A program made the position numbers and the translations under genes. Of a stretch of DNA of 64,000 nucleotides, positions 42,903-57,500 are shown piece by piece. Source of the DNA: Macrostomum lignano (taxonomy: Eukaryota); NCBI GenBank assembly GCA_002269645.1, contig NIVC01001391.1, forward strand, positions 124,001-188,000, given 5' to 3'. Each line of letters begins with the position of its first letter. Positions within the stretch are counted from its first letter, which is position 1. The notes under the pieces are model-generated. The model did not search any database. It had not been told where the DNA came from and saw nothing but the letters and a program-made list of their open reading frames with translations.

Positions 42903-45900
42903 CTAATCGAGGTCGCGCCACTGTCCTTGGCGCAGAATCTTCTGAGCCTCTCGCTCCTTCAGCCAGCTGGGCTGGTAGCCCTCGGCCGGCACCGCCAGGG
43001 GATACTTGGACTCCGGCCTGCGGCGGCCCAGGAACGGGTGCACCGACTTCAGCTTCTCCTTCAGGGTCTCCTCGGCGATGTCTTTGGTGTCCCGGTACTT
43101 GTCCAGGTAGCTGGGTGGGTGGAGTGGGATGACCAGGTATAGCTGGGAAATAATGTACATCTAGTGAGATTCAATGAGAAATGAGGTGCATCAAATGAGA
43201 CATGAGATGCATCTAATGAGACATGAGATGCATCCAATGAGACATGAGGTGGATCAAATGAGACATGAGGTGGATCCAATCAGACATGAGGTGGATCCAA
43301 TGAGACATGAGGTGGATCAAACGAGACATGAGGTGGATTCAATGAGACATGAGGTGCATCTAATGAGACATGAGGTGGATTCAATGAGACATGAGGTGCA
43401 TCTAATGAGACATGAGGTGGATCCAATGAGACATGAGGTGCATCTAATGAGACATGAGGTGGATCCAATGAGACATGAGGTGCATCCAATGAGACATGAG
43501 ATGCATCCAATGAGACATGAGGTGGATTTAATGAGACATGAGGTGGATCCAATGAGACATGAGGTGCATCTAATGAGACATGAGGTGGATTCAATGAGAC
43601 ATGAGGTGCATCTAATGAGACATAAGGTGGATCCAATGAGACATGAGGTGCATCTAATGAGACATGAGGTGGATCCAATGAGACATGAGGTGCATCCAAT
43701 GAGACATGAGATGCATCCAATGAGACATGAGGTGGATTTAATGAGACATGAGGTGAATCTAATGAGACATGAGGTGGATCCAATGAGACGAGATCTCTCA
43801 ATCCCCAGGGTGCTCACAGATTGAAGGGCTCGGAAAAGGCGAACTGCTGCATCTTCGGTCTGTAGGGCGCCGGCCAGCGGAACTGGAAGACGGGCTCGGC
43901 GCCCATGTCGGTCAGCCGATGCCGGTAGACGGTCCGCACCGACGGGTCCCAGGCGGCCTGGAAGAAGCAGAGGCCGGCCGGGGTCAGCCGGTCCTGGTGG
44001 CGCCGGTAGAACTCAGCGGTGCTGAAGTCGCGCTCAGCCAGTCGGTCTCCGGCCAGCTGTTGGTTCTCCTGCTGGTCCTCCAGCGGCGCGGACTGCAGGA
44101 AGAGCACCAGCGCGTAGCGGTGCAGGCCGGTGCCCAGCGGCGGGATTGGCTGCAGGTAGGGGAGGCGGACGCGGCCCTCCGCCACGCGGCCGCTGCCGGG
44201 GATGTCGGTGACCAGCCAGTGCGCGTACTCGCGCTCCGCCGACTGCAGGTGCTCGTCAGGACAGGTGAGCAGCACCGCCCACTTCAGCTGCTGCTGCTGG
44301 CCAGAGCTGCTGCTGTTGAAATCCTGCGGCTCCTGCCAGCGCAGGTCTGGGGCCTCGGAACACTGGAATTGCGGGACAGCGGAGATTTTGGCTGGGATCT
44401 GGGAGGGCTGCTATCCCAGTTGGGATCTGGGAGGGCTGCTATCCCAGTTTGGGATCTGGGAGGGTTGCTATCCCAGTTGGGATCTGGGAGGGCTGCTATT
44501 CCAGTTTGGGATCTGGGAGGGTTGCTATCCCAGTATTGGATCTGGGAGGGTTGCTATCCCAGTTTGGGATCTGGGAGGGTTGCTATCCCAGTTGGGATCT
44601 AGGAGGGCTGCTACCCAGTTTGGAATCTGGGAGGGTCGCTATCCCAGTTTGGGATCTGGGAGGGTTGCTATCCCAGTAAGAGGATCTGGGAGGGTTGCTA
44701 TCCCAGTTTGGGATCTGGGAGGGCTGCTATTCCAGTTTGGGATCTGGGAGGGTTGCTATCCCAGTTTGGGATCTGGGAGGGCTGCTACCCCAGTATGGGA
44801 TCTGGGAGGGTTGCTTTCCCAGTAAGGGGATCTGGGAGGGTTGCTATCCCAGTTTGGGATCTGAGAGGGTTGCTATCCCAGTTTGGGATCTGGGAGGGCT
44901 GCTATCCCAGTTTGGGATCTGGGAGGGCTGCTACCCAGTTTGGGATCTGGGAGGGTTGCTATCCCAGTTTGGGATCTGGGAGGGTTGCTATCCCAGTTTG
45001 GGATCTGGGAGGGCTGCTATCCCAGTTTGGGATCTGGGAGGGCTGCTACCCAGTTTGGGATCTGGGAGGGTTGCTATCCCAGTTTGGGATCTGGGAGGGT
45101 TGCTATCCCAGTTTGGGATCTGGGAGGGTTGCTATCCCAGTTTGGGATCTGGGAGGGTCGCTATCCCAGTAAGGGGATCTGGGAGGGTTGCTATCCCAGT
45201 AAGGGGATCTGGGAGGGTTGCTATTACAGTATGGGATCTGGGAGGGTTGCTATCCCAGTTTGGGATCTGGGAGGGTTGCTACCCAGTTTGGGATCTGGAA
45301 GGGTCGCTATCCCAGTTTGGGATCTGGGAGGGTTGCTATCCCAGTTTGGGATCTGGGAGGGTTGCTATCCCAGTTTGGGATCTGGGAGGGCTGCTATTCC
45401 AGTTTGGGATCTGGGAGGGTTGCTATCCCAGTAAGGGGATCTGGGAGGGTTGCTATCCCAGTTTGGGATCTGGGAGGGTTGCTATCCCAGTTTGGGATCT
45501 GGGAGGGCTGCTATCCCAGTTTGGGATCTGGGAGGGCTGCTATTCCAGTTTGGGATCTGGGAGGGTTGCTATCCCAGTTTGGGATCTGGGAGGGTTGCTA
45601 TCCCAGTTTGGGATCTGGGAGGGTTGCTATCCCAGTTTGGGATTTGGGAGGGTTGCTATCCCAGTTTGGGATCTGGAAGGGCTGCTATCTCAGTTTGGGA
45701 TCTGGGAGGGTTGCTATCCCAGTAAGGGAATCTGGGAGGGTTGCTATTCCAGTTTGGGATCTGGGAGGGTTGCTATCCCAGTAAGGGAATCTGGGAGGGT
45801 TGCTACCCCAGTAAGGGAATCTGGGAGGGTTGCTATCCCAGTTTGGGATCTGGGAGGGTTGCTATCCCAGTAAGGGAATCTGGGAGGGTTGCTATTCCAG

Positions 45901-48233
45901 TTTGGGATCTGGGAGGGTTGCTATCCCAGTAAGGGAATCTGGGAGGGTTGCTATCCCAGTAAGGGAATCTGGGAGGGTTGCTACCCCAGTAAGGGAATCT
46001 GGGAGGGTTGCTATCCCAGTTTGGGATCTGGGAGGGTTGCTATCCCAGTTTGGGATCTGGGAGGGTTGCTATCCCAGTAAGAGGATCTGGGAGGGTTGCT
46101 ATCCCAGTTTGGGATCTGGGAGGGCTGCTATCCCAGTTTGGGATCTGGGAGGGCTGCTATCCCAGTTTGGGATCTGGGAGGGTTGCTACCCCAGTCTGAG
46201 ATCTGAGTTAGATTCTCTAAGTCGAAGAGGGGATAAGGAGGCGCCATAACCGAAGGCTGTCACCAGATTGAATGTGCTCAGCAGTCAACTGCAGCCTAGC
46301 AACTAAAAACAAATAGTCAAGAAGCTGCAATCGCTAAGGCGCAAATTACGTCATCACGTGACCGAGTTCTTATAGAACAATGAGTGCTGGATACTGCATC
46401 AGACAGACTGAATCAGCAGTCACTTGCGCACGTTTTTACGACGAGTTAGGCGCTCGTCCGTCGCGCAAGGCTAAGGCGCAAATTACGTCATCACGAGCAG
46501 CGAAACAGCACTATCTAGCTACAGTGTGATAATATCCCAACTGATTGACTACTGAGAGTACTATAAAATAGATAATAGGTGATATATAAGCCAGGCACTG
46601 CGGTCAGACAGATTCTGTCAGCAGTCACTCGCGCACGTTTTTTAAAACGAGTTAGGCGCTCGTCCGTCACGCGAGGCTAAGGCGCAAATTACGTCATCAC
46701 GCGCAGAGGCTGGCGAAGAAGACTATCGTACGCGATCTTGCATTCAAGATTTGCAGATTTGAATGCAAGATCCCGACAAAGACCAGATCTGAATTTTAAC
46801 ATCCCGACAAAGACCAGATCTGAATTGTAAGATCGCGACAAAGACCAGATCTGAATTGTAAGATCGCGACAAAGACCAGATCTGAATTGTAACATCCCGA
46901 CAAAGACCAGATCTGAATTGTAACATCCCGACAAAGACCAGATCTGAATTGTAAGATCGCGACAAAGACCAGATCTGAATTGTAACATCCCGACAAAGAC
47001 CAGATCTGAATTGTAACATCCCGACAACGACCAGATCTGAATTGTAAGATCGCGACAAAGACCAGATCTGAATGCAAGATCGCGACAAAGACTAGATCTC
47101 AATGCAAGATCCCAACAAAGACCAGATCTTATCCCAACAGGATCTTGCCATTCTACCAGAAAATGACACGACAGAGCAGCCATCAGACAGATTTTACTCA
47201 GCATCGATCAGCTCCAGTTATAAGGAAGCTGGCTAAGGCGCAAATTACGTCATCAGTTGGACTGCTCTATAAAAATGAGACAGTATGGGGAAATCTCACC
47301 TGTCTCGGCGTCATTACGTTGCCAAGGGCAATGGGACGAACTCGGCCGGGCAGATCCGGATCGGCAAAGTGAGCCCTCAGCGGCACCACCGGGTAGAAGA
47401 AGCAGCCGGTCCCGAACAGGTGCTCCATGATGGAGTAGTGCCTGGCGGCAGACAGGGCGTGCTCGGGCCGCCGCTCCGACTCCCAGGCGAGCTCCACCGC
47501 GTCGAGGTCGACGCGCAGCTGCTGATTGCGGGCCAGGCGCTCTAGCTCCTGCTGGCGCTTCTGTGGCGGAATAGAAAATATAGTTATTTTCAACACATAT
47601 CGGTCAGTGGCATTGAACCCCATATTTGTAGTGCACGTGCTGTATAAAATGCTTTAAACTCGCGCACTTAGTGCGGTTCCAATGCCTTTCTAGCGCGTGT
47701 GCTTCCAAGCATCACATGTTTAGTTGTGCTTCTGGCGGCTTGTTTAATGTGCTTCTGGCGGCCTGTTTAATGTGCTTCTGGCGGCCTGTTTAATGTGCTT
47801 CTGGCGGCCTGTTTAATGTGCTTCTGATGCCTTCATTAAAGTGCTTTGAGCACCTTATTATTCTTTTGCGGCGCCCTACACTATTAGGGAGAACTCCAGT
47901 CCATCACTGGTAGAACAGAAGCCACAATAATTTCGCTCGCACCTCATCGGGCGGCTCCGGCCGGGAGGCGGTGAGCAGCGACCGCGGCAGGCCGATGTTG
48001 CAGGCGGGCGGCTCCGGGTGGTGGCGGGCGCGCCACTCGGCCATGCGCTGCCGGAAGCTGAGCTTGGCCTCCTCCGGCACCTCCTGCTTGACGCGGACTT
48101 TCACGCCGGGTTCCTCGTCCTCCGGAGTGCGCGGGTCGTACGGCCCCATCATGAATATTGTGCGGGCCGGGGTTCGAGTCTGCGCGGCTGGTGGCCGCAG
48201 GCCGCGAAGTAGGCCGATGAGGGAGCTGCGCAT
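42903..48233 (-). CDS. MRPL38: Mitochondrial ribosomal protein L38 (PEBP domain); exons 48233(or 48260)-47943, 47560-47300, 44362-43818, 43110-42903
   Basis: GT-AG junctions keep the frame. LERLAR..L.VDLD.V..W, HY..LF, GN, PDEHL..EYAHWLV.DIPG, YLQPIPPLGTGLHRY, CFFQAAWD, EPFNLYLDKYRD. R-rich N-terminal presequence. Confidence 0.93.
43170..43790. repeat. 21-bp minisatellite ATGAGACATGAGGTGGATCCA (MRPL38 intron 3)
   Basis: Direct inspection. Confidence 0.95.
44390..46195. repeat. 29-bp minisatellite GATCTGGGAGGGTTGCTATCCCAGTTTGG (MRPL38 intron 2)
   Basis: Direct inspection; this is the source of many spurious ORFs. Confidence 0.97.
46760..47125. repeat. 31-bp minisatellite GACAAAGACCAGATCTGAATTGTAACATCCC
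   Basis: Direct inspection. Confidence 0.95.
47725..47825. repeat. 23-bp repeat GTTTAATGTGCTTCTGGCGGCCT (MRPL38 intron 1)
   Basis: About four copies. Confidence 0.9.
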
Positions 48234-48371
48234 CTGGGTGGCTGTGGGCTGGGGGTACATGCTCTCGCATTGGTATTTGCGAGCGATACCAGAACTACAA
48301 TGTGACTAGAGACCAATCCTAATCAAATGTCTAGAGACCAATCCTAGGGAGATGTCTAGGGACTGATCCTA

Positions 48372-48539
48372 CATGCGCAACCTTGGGAATCACCCGGCCG
48401 TTTCTAATGGCAACACGCACATGTAAGTCGCTATTGGCTGAGAGCAGTCACGTGACTACTATTCCGTCCAATAGCGACTTCCATGTGTGTGTTGCCAATA
48501 GAAACGGCCGGGTGAATCCCTAGGTTGCGCCCAAGCATG
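48372..48539. mobile_element. MITE with ~65-bp TIRs inserted in a 27-bp satellite; apparent TSD ATCCTA
   Basis: GCGCAACC..CACCCGGCCGTTTC..AAGTCGCTATTGG is inverted as CCAATAGCGACTT..GAAACGGCCGGGTG..GGTTGCGC. Confidence 0.75.
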
Positions 48540-48800
48540 ATCCTAGCCAGATGTCTAGAGACTCTGATCCTACTAGCCAGATGTCTAGGGACTGATTCTA
48601 GCCAGATGTCTAGAGACTCAGATCCTAGCCAGATGTCTAGAGACTCGGATCCTAGCCAGATGTCTAGAGACTCAGATCCTAGCCAGATGTCTAGAGACTA
48701 AGATCCTAGCCAGATGTCTAGAGACTCAGATCCTAGCCAGATGTCTAGAGACTCAGATCCTAGCCAGATGTCTAGAGACTCAGATTCTAGCGAGATGTCT
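48540..48800. repeat. 27-bp minisatellite GATCCTAGCCAGATGTCTAGAGACTCA
   Basis: Direct inspection. Confidence 0.93.
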
Positions 48801-49344
48801 AAAAACGAAATCATTCTTACAATGTCTAAGGACACATGCCATTGACACCTAGATAGCCAATCTAATAAAAAAGGCTCTATCCAGTAATAATAAAAGTACA
48901 TAACGCACCAATATCGCAAAACGAAGCCGACTAAGACTGGCAAACTACAGTACGTATATTTTATTACGAGCGTAATTTGGCAAAAATATTAACTACTGAC
49001 TTCAAAGGAATGCTGGAAAATGAGTGAAAATTAAACAAAGAAAACAATAAAAAGATGCAGCACGCTAACTGACGCACAAAAACTTCAAACAGAACACAAG
49101 GCACAGTTTTAATTTTATGGCTAGATAATAAATTTTCTAAGACACAAATAGGCATATATTCATTTTTGGGCAAATAAAACAACCAAAAATGCAAGTCAGT
49201 TTCTCGTTAACAAGCGCTATGTGACTGGATAAATAAATAACTACATGTGTCTTATATAGCAACCTGTGAGTGCAGCAGCTGTACCAGAGGGCCAATCACA
49301 ATGAGCTGTTACTGGCTAATGCGACAGGTGAGGAGCGCCATCAT

Positions 49345-50475
49345 TTGGGAATTGGAGGGCGATTCTTCAGGGATTTGAGGGCGATTCTTCAGGGATTGGA
49401 GGGCGATTCTTCAGGAATTGGAGGGCGATTCTTCAGGAATCGGAGGGCGATTCTTCAGGAATTGGAGGGCGATTCTTCAGGAATTTTAGGGCGATTCTTC
49501 AGGAATTGGAGGGCGATTCTTCAGGAATTTTAGGGCGATTTTTCAGGAATCGGAGGGCGATTCTTCAGGAATTGGAGGGCGATTCTTCAGGAATTTTAGG
49601 GCGATTCTTCAGGAATCGGAGGGCGATTTTTCAGGAATTGGAGGGCGATTTTTCAGGACTGGGACGGCGATTCTTCAGGAATTGGAGGGCGATTCTTCAG
49701 GGATTGGAGGGCGATTTTTCAGGACTGGGACGGCGATTCTTCAGGAATTGGAGGGCGATTCTTCAGGAATTGGAGGGCGATTCTTCAGGAATTGGAGGGC
49801 GATTCTTCAGGACTGGGACGGCGATTCTTCAGGAATCGGAGGGCTATTCTTCAGGAATTGGAGGGCGATTCTTCAGGAATTGGAGGGCGATTCTTCAGGA
49901 ATTGGAGGGCGATTCTTCAGGACTGGGACGGCGATTCTTCAGGAATCGGAGGGCTATTCTTCAGGAATTGGAGGGCGATTCTTTAGGAATTGGAGGGCGA
50001 TTCTTCAGGAATTTTAGGGCGATTCTTCAGGAATTGGAGGGCGATTCTTCAGGAATTTTAGGGCGATTCTTCAGGAATTGGAGGGCGATTCTTCAGGAAT
50101 TGGAGGGCGATTTTTCAGGGATTGGAGGGCGATTTTTCAGGGATTGGAGGGCGATTCTTCAGGAATCGGAGGGCGATTCTTCAGGGATTGGAGGGCGATT
50201 TTTCAGGGATTGGAGGGCGATTCTTCAGGAATCGGAGGGCGATTCTTCAGGAATTGGAGGGCGATTTTCAGGAATTGGAGGGCGATTCTTCAGGAATTGG
50301 AGGGCGATTATTCAGGAACTGGAGGGCGATTCTTCAGGAATTAGAGAGCGATTTTTCAGGACTGGGACGGAGATTCTTCAGGAATTGGAGGGCGATTTTT
50401 CAGGAATCGGAGGGCGATTTTTCAGAAATTGGAGGGCGATTTTTAGGAATCGGAGGGCGATTATTCAGGAATTAT
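49345..50475. repeat. 22-bp minisatellite GGAATTGGAGGGCGATTCTTCA
   Basis: Direct inspection. Confidence 0.95.
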
Positions 50476-51069
50476 AGGGCGGAAGGCCAAATGTAGTCCA
50501 GAGCTGGGAATGACGGCAGCAGCTCAAGAGAACAATTCTCAGACAACCAGAAGCCCCAGTTTCTTGTCACTCAGCCAATAATTAAGTAAATTGTTGCCAT
50601 CCGCCTGTCTCAGAGCTGCTCACAATTATGAATAAAACTAGATTAAGACTAAGGCGAAAAGTTGATGGAAAAAAGTAAAATAAAAACTGTCCGAAGCATG
50701 CAACTGGCAAGGTGAGCCAACGTGTTACAGACTGCATAGCAACAAGAAAGCTGTTCCTCTAAAAGCTTGTGACTTAGGAGTGAAACGTAGGATGAAGGGG
50801 CGGAGGGTGGGCCAAAGCACGGCAAGCAGCACTGCAAACAGACAGCCAGCCACTCTGCTGTCACCTGCACCGAAATCAGCGAGTCATCTAATTTTAATAA
50901 TAAATAATTAGATGATATAAAAGTTTTTGGCTGCCAATCGCCTGCTGGAAGAATCTCACCGCGAAATCTTACTAGTAGATAAATGAATAAGATCTTTAAT
51001 CCGAACTCTGATCGCTAGGTTCAAACAACTCTAATCAGAAATCTCACGTTAGATTTTAAATCTACCCCT

Positions 51070-51425
51070 ATCACCCCTAGATCTGACACCTCTAATCTCA
51101 CCCCTAGATCTGACACCTCTAATCTCACCCCTAGATCTGACACCTCTAATGTTACCCCTAGATCTGACACCTCCAATCTCACCCCTAGATCTGACACCTC
51201 TAATGTCACCCCTAGATCTGACACCTCCAATCTCACCCCTAGATCTGACACCTCTAATCTCACCCCTAGATCTGACACCTCTAATGTTACCCCTAGATCT
51301 GTAACATCTAACCTCACCCCTAGATCTGACACCTCCAATCTCACCCCTAGATCTGACACCTCTAATCTCACCCCTAGATCTGACACCTCTAATCTCACCC
51401 CTAGATCTAACACCTCTTAGTCTCT
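51070..51425. repeat. 27-bp minisatellite CCCCTAGATCTGACACCTCTAATCTCA
   Basis: Direct inspection. Confidence 0.95.
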
Positions 51426-51599
51426 CCTAGATCTGACATCTCAAACCCGAAATCTCGCCCCTAATCCTAAAATCTCTAATCCGAAATCTTACTTCTACAC
51501 GGTGGATTATGGCCCAGACAGGTGGTCAGGAGCCGCAGCAGTTTCAGCCATACAAATTGACTGCCCTGGCTGACACAGTCACAAAGCCAGACAGGCGCA

Positions 51600-54500
51600 T
51601 CACGTCTCCTTCCGGCTGGCCCGCTTCCGACCCAGCAGGATGTCGCAGGCGGCGCTGACATCCTGGAACTTGGCCTGGAATTCCGCTTTCTTGTCCGGGT
51701 CCTGTTGCCGGTCCGGGTGCAGCTCCACCTTCAGCTTGCGGCAGCGGGACCGAATCTCGTCCGGGCCGGCGCCCTCTTTGATGCCAATTATCTGTGGGAA
51801 ATTTATTGTTCATAAGATATGCTGATGCCAACAAACTACTGCAAGTAGAAGTATGGAGCATGAATTTTATTTCAATTTTCTATGCGGTTCATGCAGCGAT
51901 TGAAAGTCAGGTGGGATTCAGGGCGGTTTTCTCACGTGGAGATTATCAATGGGGATTTCAGGGCGATTCTGTCATGGGGAGATTATCGATGGGATTTCAG
52001 GGCGATTCTGTCACGGGGAGATTACCGATGGGATTCCGGGGCGATTCTGTCACGGGGAGATTATCGATGGAGATTTCAGGGCGATTCTGTCACGGGGAGA
52101 TTACCGATGGGATTCCGGGGCGATTCTGTCACGGGGAGATTATCGATGGAGATTTCAGGGCGATTTTGTCACGGGGAGATTATCAAAGGGGATTTCAGGG
52201 CGATTGTCACGGGGAGATAATCGATGGGGATTTCAGGGCGATTCTGTCACGGGGAGATTATCGATGGGGATTTCAGGGCGATTCTGTCATGGGGAGATTA
52301 TCGATGGGGATTTCAGGGCGATTCTGTCATGGGGAGATTATCGATGGGGATTTCAGGGCGATTCTGTCATGAGGAGATTATCGATGGGATTTCAGGGCGA
52401 TTATCATGTGAATCCAGGGCGATTGTCACGGGGAGATAATCGATGGGATTTCAGGGCGATTGTCACGGGGAGATAATCGATGGGATTCGGGGCGACTCTA
52501 CAGTGGCTAAGTTTCTAGAGCCAGTATATGCTCTTACACTGGCGGCATCTTTTAATCCCTGCGGATCCAGGGCGTCCCACAGCTGCTTGAGAATCTCCTT
52601 GAAGCCGTGAATCTTGTAATACTCGTACAGCTTGCCCACCGTGTCGCGCATCTCCCGCCAGAGCGGCGATTTAAAGAAATTCCTGACGGCCTCGCGCAGC
52701 GGCACGGACTCGCCTTCGTAGGTGACGCGGGCGTTGTTGAGCAGGCTGAAGGCCAGCAGCGAGTAGAACAGACAGGCGCCGAGGCTCACCGCGCAGGCGC
52801 GGCCGCAGCGCGACTTCGGCTTGGCTGGCCGGCTGCGCCAGTCGCGGCAGAACCAGTTGGCCAGGGAGACAGTGAGCAGTGAGCCGTAAAGGATGTTGTT
52901 GAAGTCAGTTGAGTAGACAACGAATGAGCAGTACGAGCAGATGGCCAGCTTCGTGAAGGACATTTGATGAACACCGATGTTGCCAACTAGGTACACGCCT
53001 GGGTAGTGGGTGGATAGTGGGTATGGTAGAGGGCGGATAGAGGGTATGGCGGGGGGCGGATAGAGGGTATGGCAGGGGGCGGATAGAAGATATTGCAGGG
53101 GGCGGATAATAGGTATGGTAGGTGAAGATAGTAGGTATCTTAGGGGCGGATAGTTGGTATAGCAAAGGCGGATAGTATCTATAGGTATGGTAGGGGGCGG
53201 ATAGTAGGTATGGTAGGGGCGGATAGTACCTATAGTTATGGTAGGGGCGGATAGTAGGTATGGTAGGGGCGGATAGTAGGTATGGTAGGGGCGGATAGTA
53301 GGTATGGTAAAGGGCGGGAGTAGAAGATGATGGGGCGGAAAGTACACATAGAACTTGTGGCAAAGAACAAATAGGTGAAACTGGATGATATTATATCAGA
53401 CTTGGTCAGCGCACTTTCTGTTGCTAGGGGGGGGGGGGGAAGATTTCTACATCCTGAATTGCTTTTATCTTGTCAAGAAAGTACAAAGCCATCAAAGCAG
53501 TGCAACAAATGAACAACCCTGTGGTCAGGAAATTAACACAAGAAGGCCATTAAGTGCAGGTTATAAAAATAAAAGCACTACAAGAGCGTCAGTCTCCGGA
53601 AGTTAGAAGAATCGAGCAGATTGCCAGGTACAAGGCGCAAATGAAAACAGTCAAACAAGCCCGAGCGACAGGTGTGGGGAATTACTGAGCCAGACACATT
53701 GTGAGTGCACATGTAGCAAGGTGATGGGCTCTGCTTTAGGCGGAAAAAACAATAAATTTACACAAAAGCAAACTGTTTACCGCATACCAATAGCCATTGC
53801 CAAAGGTGACAATAATTCAATCACGAAGCGAACCTCCTCGACCGTCAATGCCAACTCATCCGATTCTAAAAGTAAATTGTCAATCACGAGAGGTTAAATC
53901 ATGGACAGTTGCCGATATTTGAGCTGCACGTCACGCAAAATTTCCGATTAATCACGAAAGCAAAAATACAAGCTATATTAAACAGATCCCCGCATTCCCA
54001 TCTGACACCAATTGGATTCCCATCTGACACCAATCGGATTCCCATCTGACACCCATCGGATTCCCATCTGACAGCCATCGGATTCCCATCTGACACCACT
54101 CGGATTCCCATCTGACAGCCATCGGATTCCCATCTGACACCACTCGGATTCCCATCTGACACCCATCGGATTCCCATCTGACAGCCATCGGATTCCCATC
54201 TGACACCACTCGGATTCCCATCTGACACCCATCGGATTCCCATCTGACACCAATCGGATTCCCATCTGACACCACTCGGATTCCCATCTGACACCACTCG
54301 GATTCCCATCTGACAGCCATCGGATTCCCATCTGACACCACTCGGATTCCCATCTGACACCACTCGGATTCCCATCTGACACCCATCGGATTCCCATCTG
54401 ACACCCATCGGATTCCCATCTGACACCAATCGGATTCCCATCTGACACCACTCGGATTCCCATCTGACACCACTCGGATTCCCATCTGACACCCATCGGA

Positions 54501-57500
54501 TTCCCATCTGACAGCCATCGGATTCCCATCTGACACCACTCGGATTCCCATCTGACACCCATCGGATTCCCATCTGACACCACTCGGATTCCCATCTGAC
54601 ACCCATCGGATTCCCATCTGACACCCATCGGATTCCCATCTGACAGCCATCGGATTCCCATCTGACACCACTCGGATTCCCATCTGACACCCATCGGATT
54701 CCCATCTGACAGCCATCGGATTCCCATCTGACACCACTCGGATTCCCATCTGACACCCATCGGATTCCCATCTGACAGCCATCGGATTCCCATCTGACAC
54801 AAATTTGATTACCATCTGACACCACTCGGATTCCCATCTGACACCACTCGGATTCCCATCTGACACCACTCGGATTCACATCTGACACCACTCGGATTCA
54901 CATCTGACACCACTCTGACTCCCATCTGACGCCCATCGGATTCCCATCTGACACCACTCGGATTCCCATCTGACACCCATCGGATTCCCATCTGACACCA
55001 CTCGGATTCCCATCTGACACCACTCGGATTCCCATGACACCCATCGGATTCCCATCTGACAGCCATCGGATTCCCATCTGACACCCATCGGATTCCCATC
55101 TGACACCAATCGGATTCCCATCTGACACCACTCGGATTCCCATCTGACACCACTCGGATTCCCATCTGACACCACTCTGACTCCCATCTGATGCCCATCG
55201 GATTCCCATCTGACACCACTCGGATTCCCATCTGACAACAATCGGATTCCCATCTGACACCACTCGGATTCACATCTGACACCACTCTGACTCCCATCTG
55301 ACGCCCATCGGATTCCCATCTGACACCACTCGGATTCCCATCTGACACCACTCGGATTCCCATCTGACACCATCGGATTCCCATCTGACACCACTCGGAT
55401 TCCTATCTGACACCATCGGAGTCCCATCTGACACCCATCGGATTCCCATCTGACACCATCGGATTCCCATCTGACACCCATCGGATTCCCATCTGACACC
55501 CATCGGATTCCCATCTGACACCCATCGGATTCCCATCTGACACCCATCGGATTCCCATCTGACACCACTCGGATTCCTATCTGACACCCATCGGATTCCC
55601 ATCTGACACCCATCGGATTCCCATCTGACACCCATCGGATTCCCATCTGACACCACTCGGATTCCTATCTGACACCCATCGGATTCCCATCTGACACCAC
55701 TCGGATTCCCATCTGACACCACTCGGATTCCCATCTGACACCACTCGGATTCCCATCTGACACCACTCGGATTCCCATCTGACACCCATCGGATTCCCAT
55801 CTGACACCCATCGGATTCCCATCTGACACCCATCGGATTCCCATCTGACACCACTCGGATTCCTATCTGACACCCATCGGATTCCCATCTGACACCACTC
55901 GGATTCCCATCTGACACCACTCGGATTCCCATCTGACACCACTCGGATTCCCATCTGACACCACTCGGATTCCCATCTGACACCACTCGGATTCCCATCT
56001 GACACCACTCGGATTCCCATCTGACACCACTCGGATTCCTATCTGACATATATAACTGGATTCCAGCAAACAGCAACAGAATTTGATTGGTTTCCAAGTT
56101 CGCCCAAGCAGACGAGCATCAATAGGTTACCTATTTTCCCCAATGAGATTTGCCTTCCCCAGCCTCCCATTGCGGGCAGGATAAGCTCCGCAGCTTAAGA
56201 AAATAGCAAGAAAATCGCTCCGGGCCGCTGAGGAACCCCAAAGGATCGCCAGGCCGCAGCCTTGCAGCTGTCGGCGGTAAAAGTGCGCGCAGGCCAAGAC
56301 CAGCGCGTGCGGGCGAAAGTTGCGGCCATAAATAAATACAGAGCAATAAATTATCCGGGCAAAGCCAGTTACAGGATGCGGCCCGCAATCTCTGCGTGGG
56401 AAATCAGCTGGGAAGTCGCGGCCTAAATGGGACCGAAAGTGCAATTCGGACTTGAAAAGATCAAACGATCCGGCAGTTCGGAATCGAATAGATCAATTTT
56501 TTGTATGCAGTTCAAAAGTACATGCCAGCCTACTGGATGATGGAGAGCCGCAAGTGCCAAACAGAACTCAAAGCTGACTCACCCAGAGCAATGGGCAGCG
56601 GCCAGGTGAGGCGGATCAGCTGTTTGCGATTGTCGTCATCGAACCATTCGGTTGGGAAGGCGCCGAGCCACAGCATGGCGCAGGTCAGGCCGAACAGGAT
56701 CTCACCTGAGATGATGGGGCGGGAATCTGTGCATATGGAAACTTCTGATTGACTGCTGCCTGTGATTAAAGCCAGCCTCCCTCCTCATCAGCTTATGATT
56801 TTCACTTGTAAATCTTAATATTCAACAGCAGCTGGTTTCTCGCATTCGTTTTATTGTTTACAGACCACTTAAAAACTTTTAATACATTATCAACGGGAAA
56901 GGTACACGGATGGGAGTGGGCGATGATGGGAGCAACTGGAAACTGGGAGATCTGCCACTTGGATGAAGAAAACAGGTTTGCCTGCTGGCTGGGAACAGCG
57001 GCGAGCTCCAGACTGGCTTTCTGAGGGTGAATCTCAGGGGTGAGACTGGTTTCAATGTAGTGAATCCCAGGGGTGAGACTGGTTTTAATGTAGTGAATCC
57101 CAGGGGTGAGACTGGTTTCAATGTAGTGAATCCCAGGGGTGAGACTGGTTTCAATGTAATAAATCCCAGGGGTGAGACTGGTTTCAATGTAATAAATCCC
57201 AGGGGTGAGACTGGTTTCAATGTAGTGAATTTCAGGGGTGAGACTGGTTTCAATGTAGTGAATCCCAGGGGTGAGACTGGTTTCAATGTAGTGAATCCCA
57301 GGGGTGAGACTGGTTTCAATGTAATGAATTTCAGGGGTGAGACTGGTTTCAATGTAGTGAATCCCAGGGGTGAAATTGGTTTCAATGTAGTGAATCTCAG
57401 GGGTGAGACTGGTTTCAATGTAGTGAATCCCAGGGGTGAAATTGGTTTCAATGTAGTGAATCTCAGGGGTGAGACTGGTTTTAATGTAGTGAATCCCAGG

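Noticed and set aside
56127-56444. GC-rich block in DNAJC22 intron 2 as an extra exon
   Set aside because: Exons 2 and 3 already join in frame as ..PIAL|GVYLVGNIG, matching the family.
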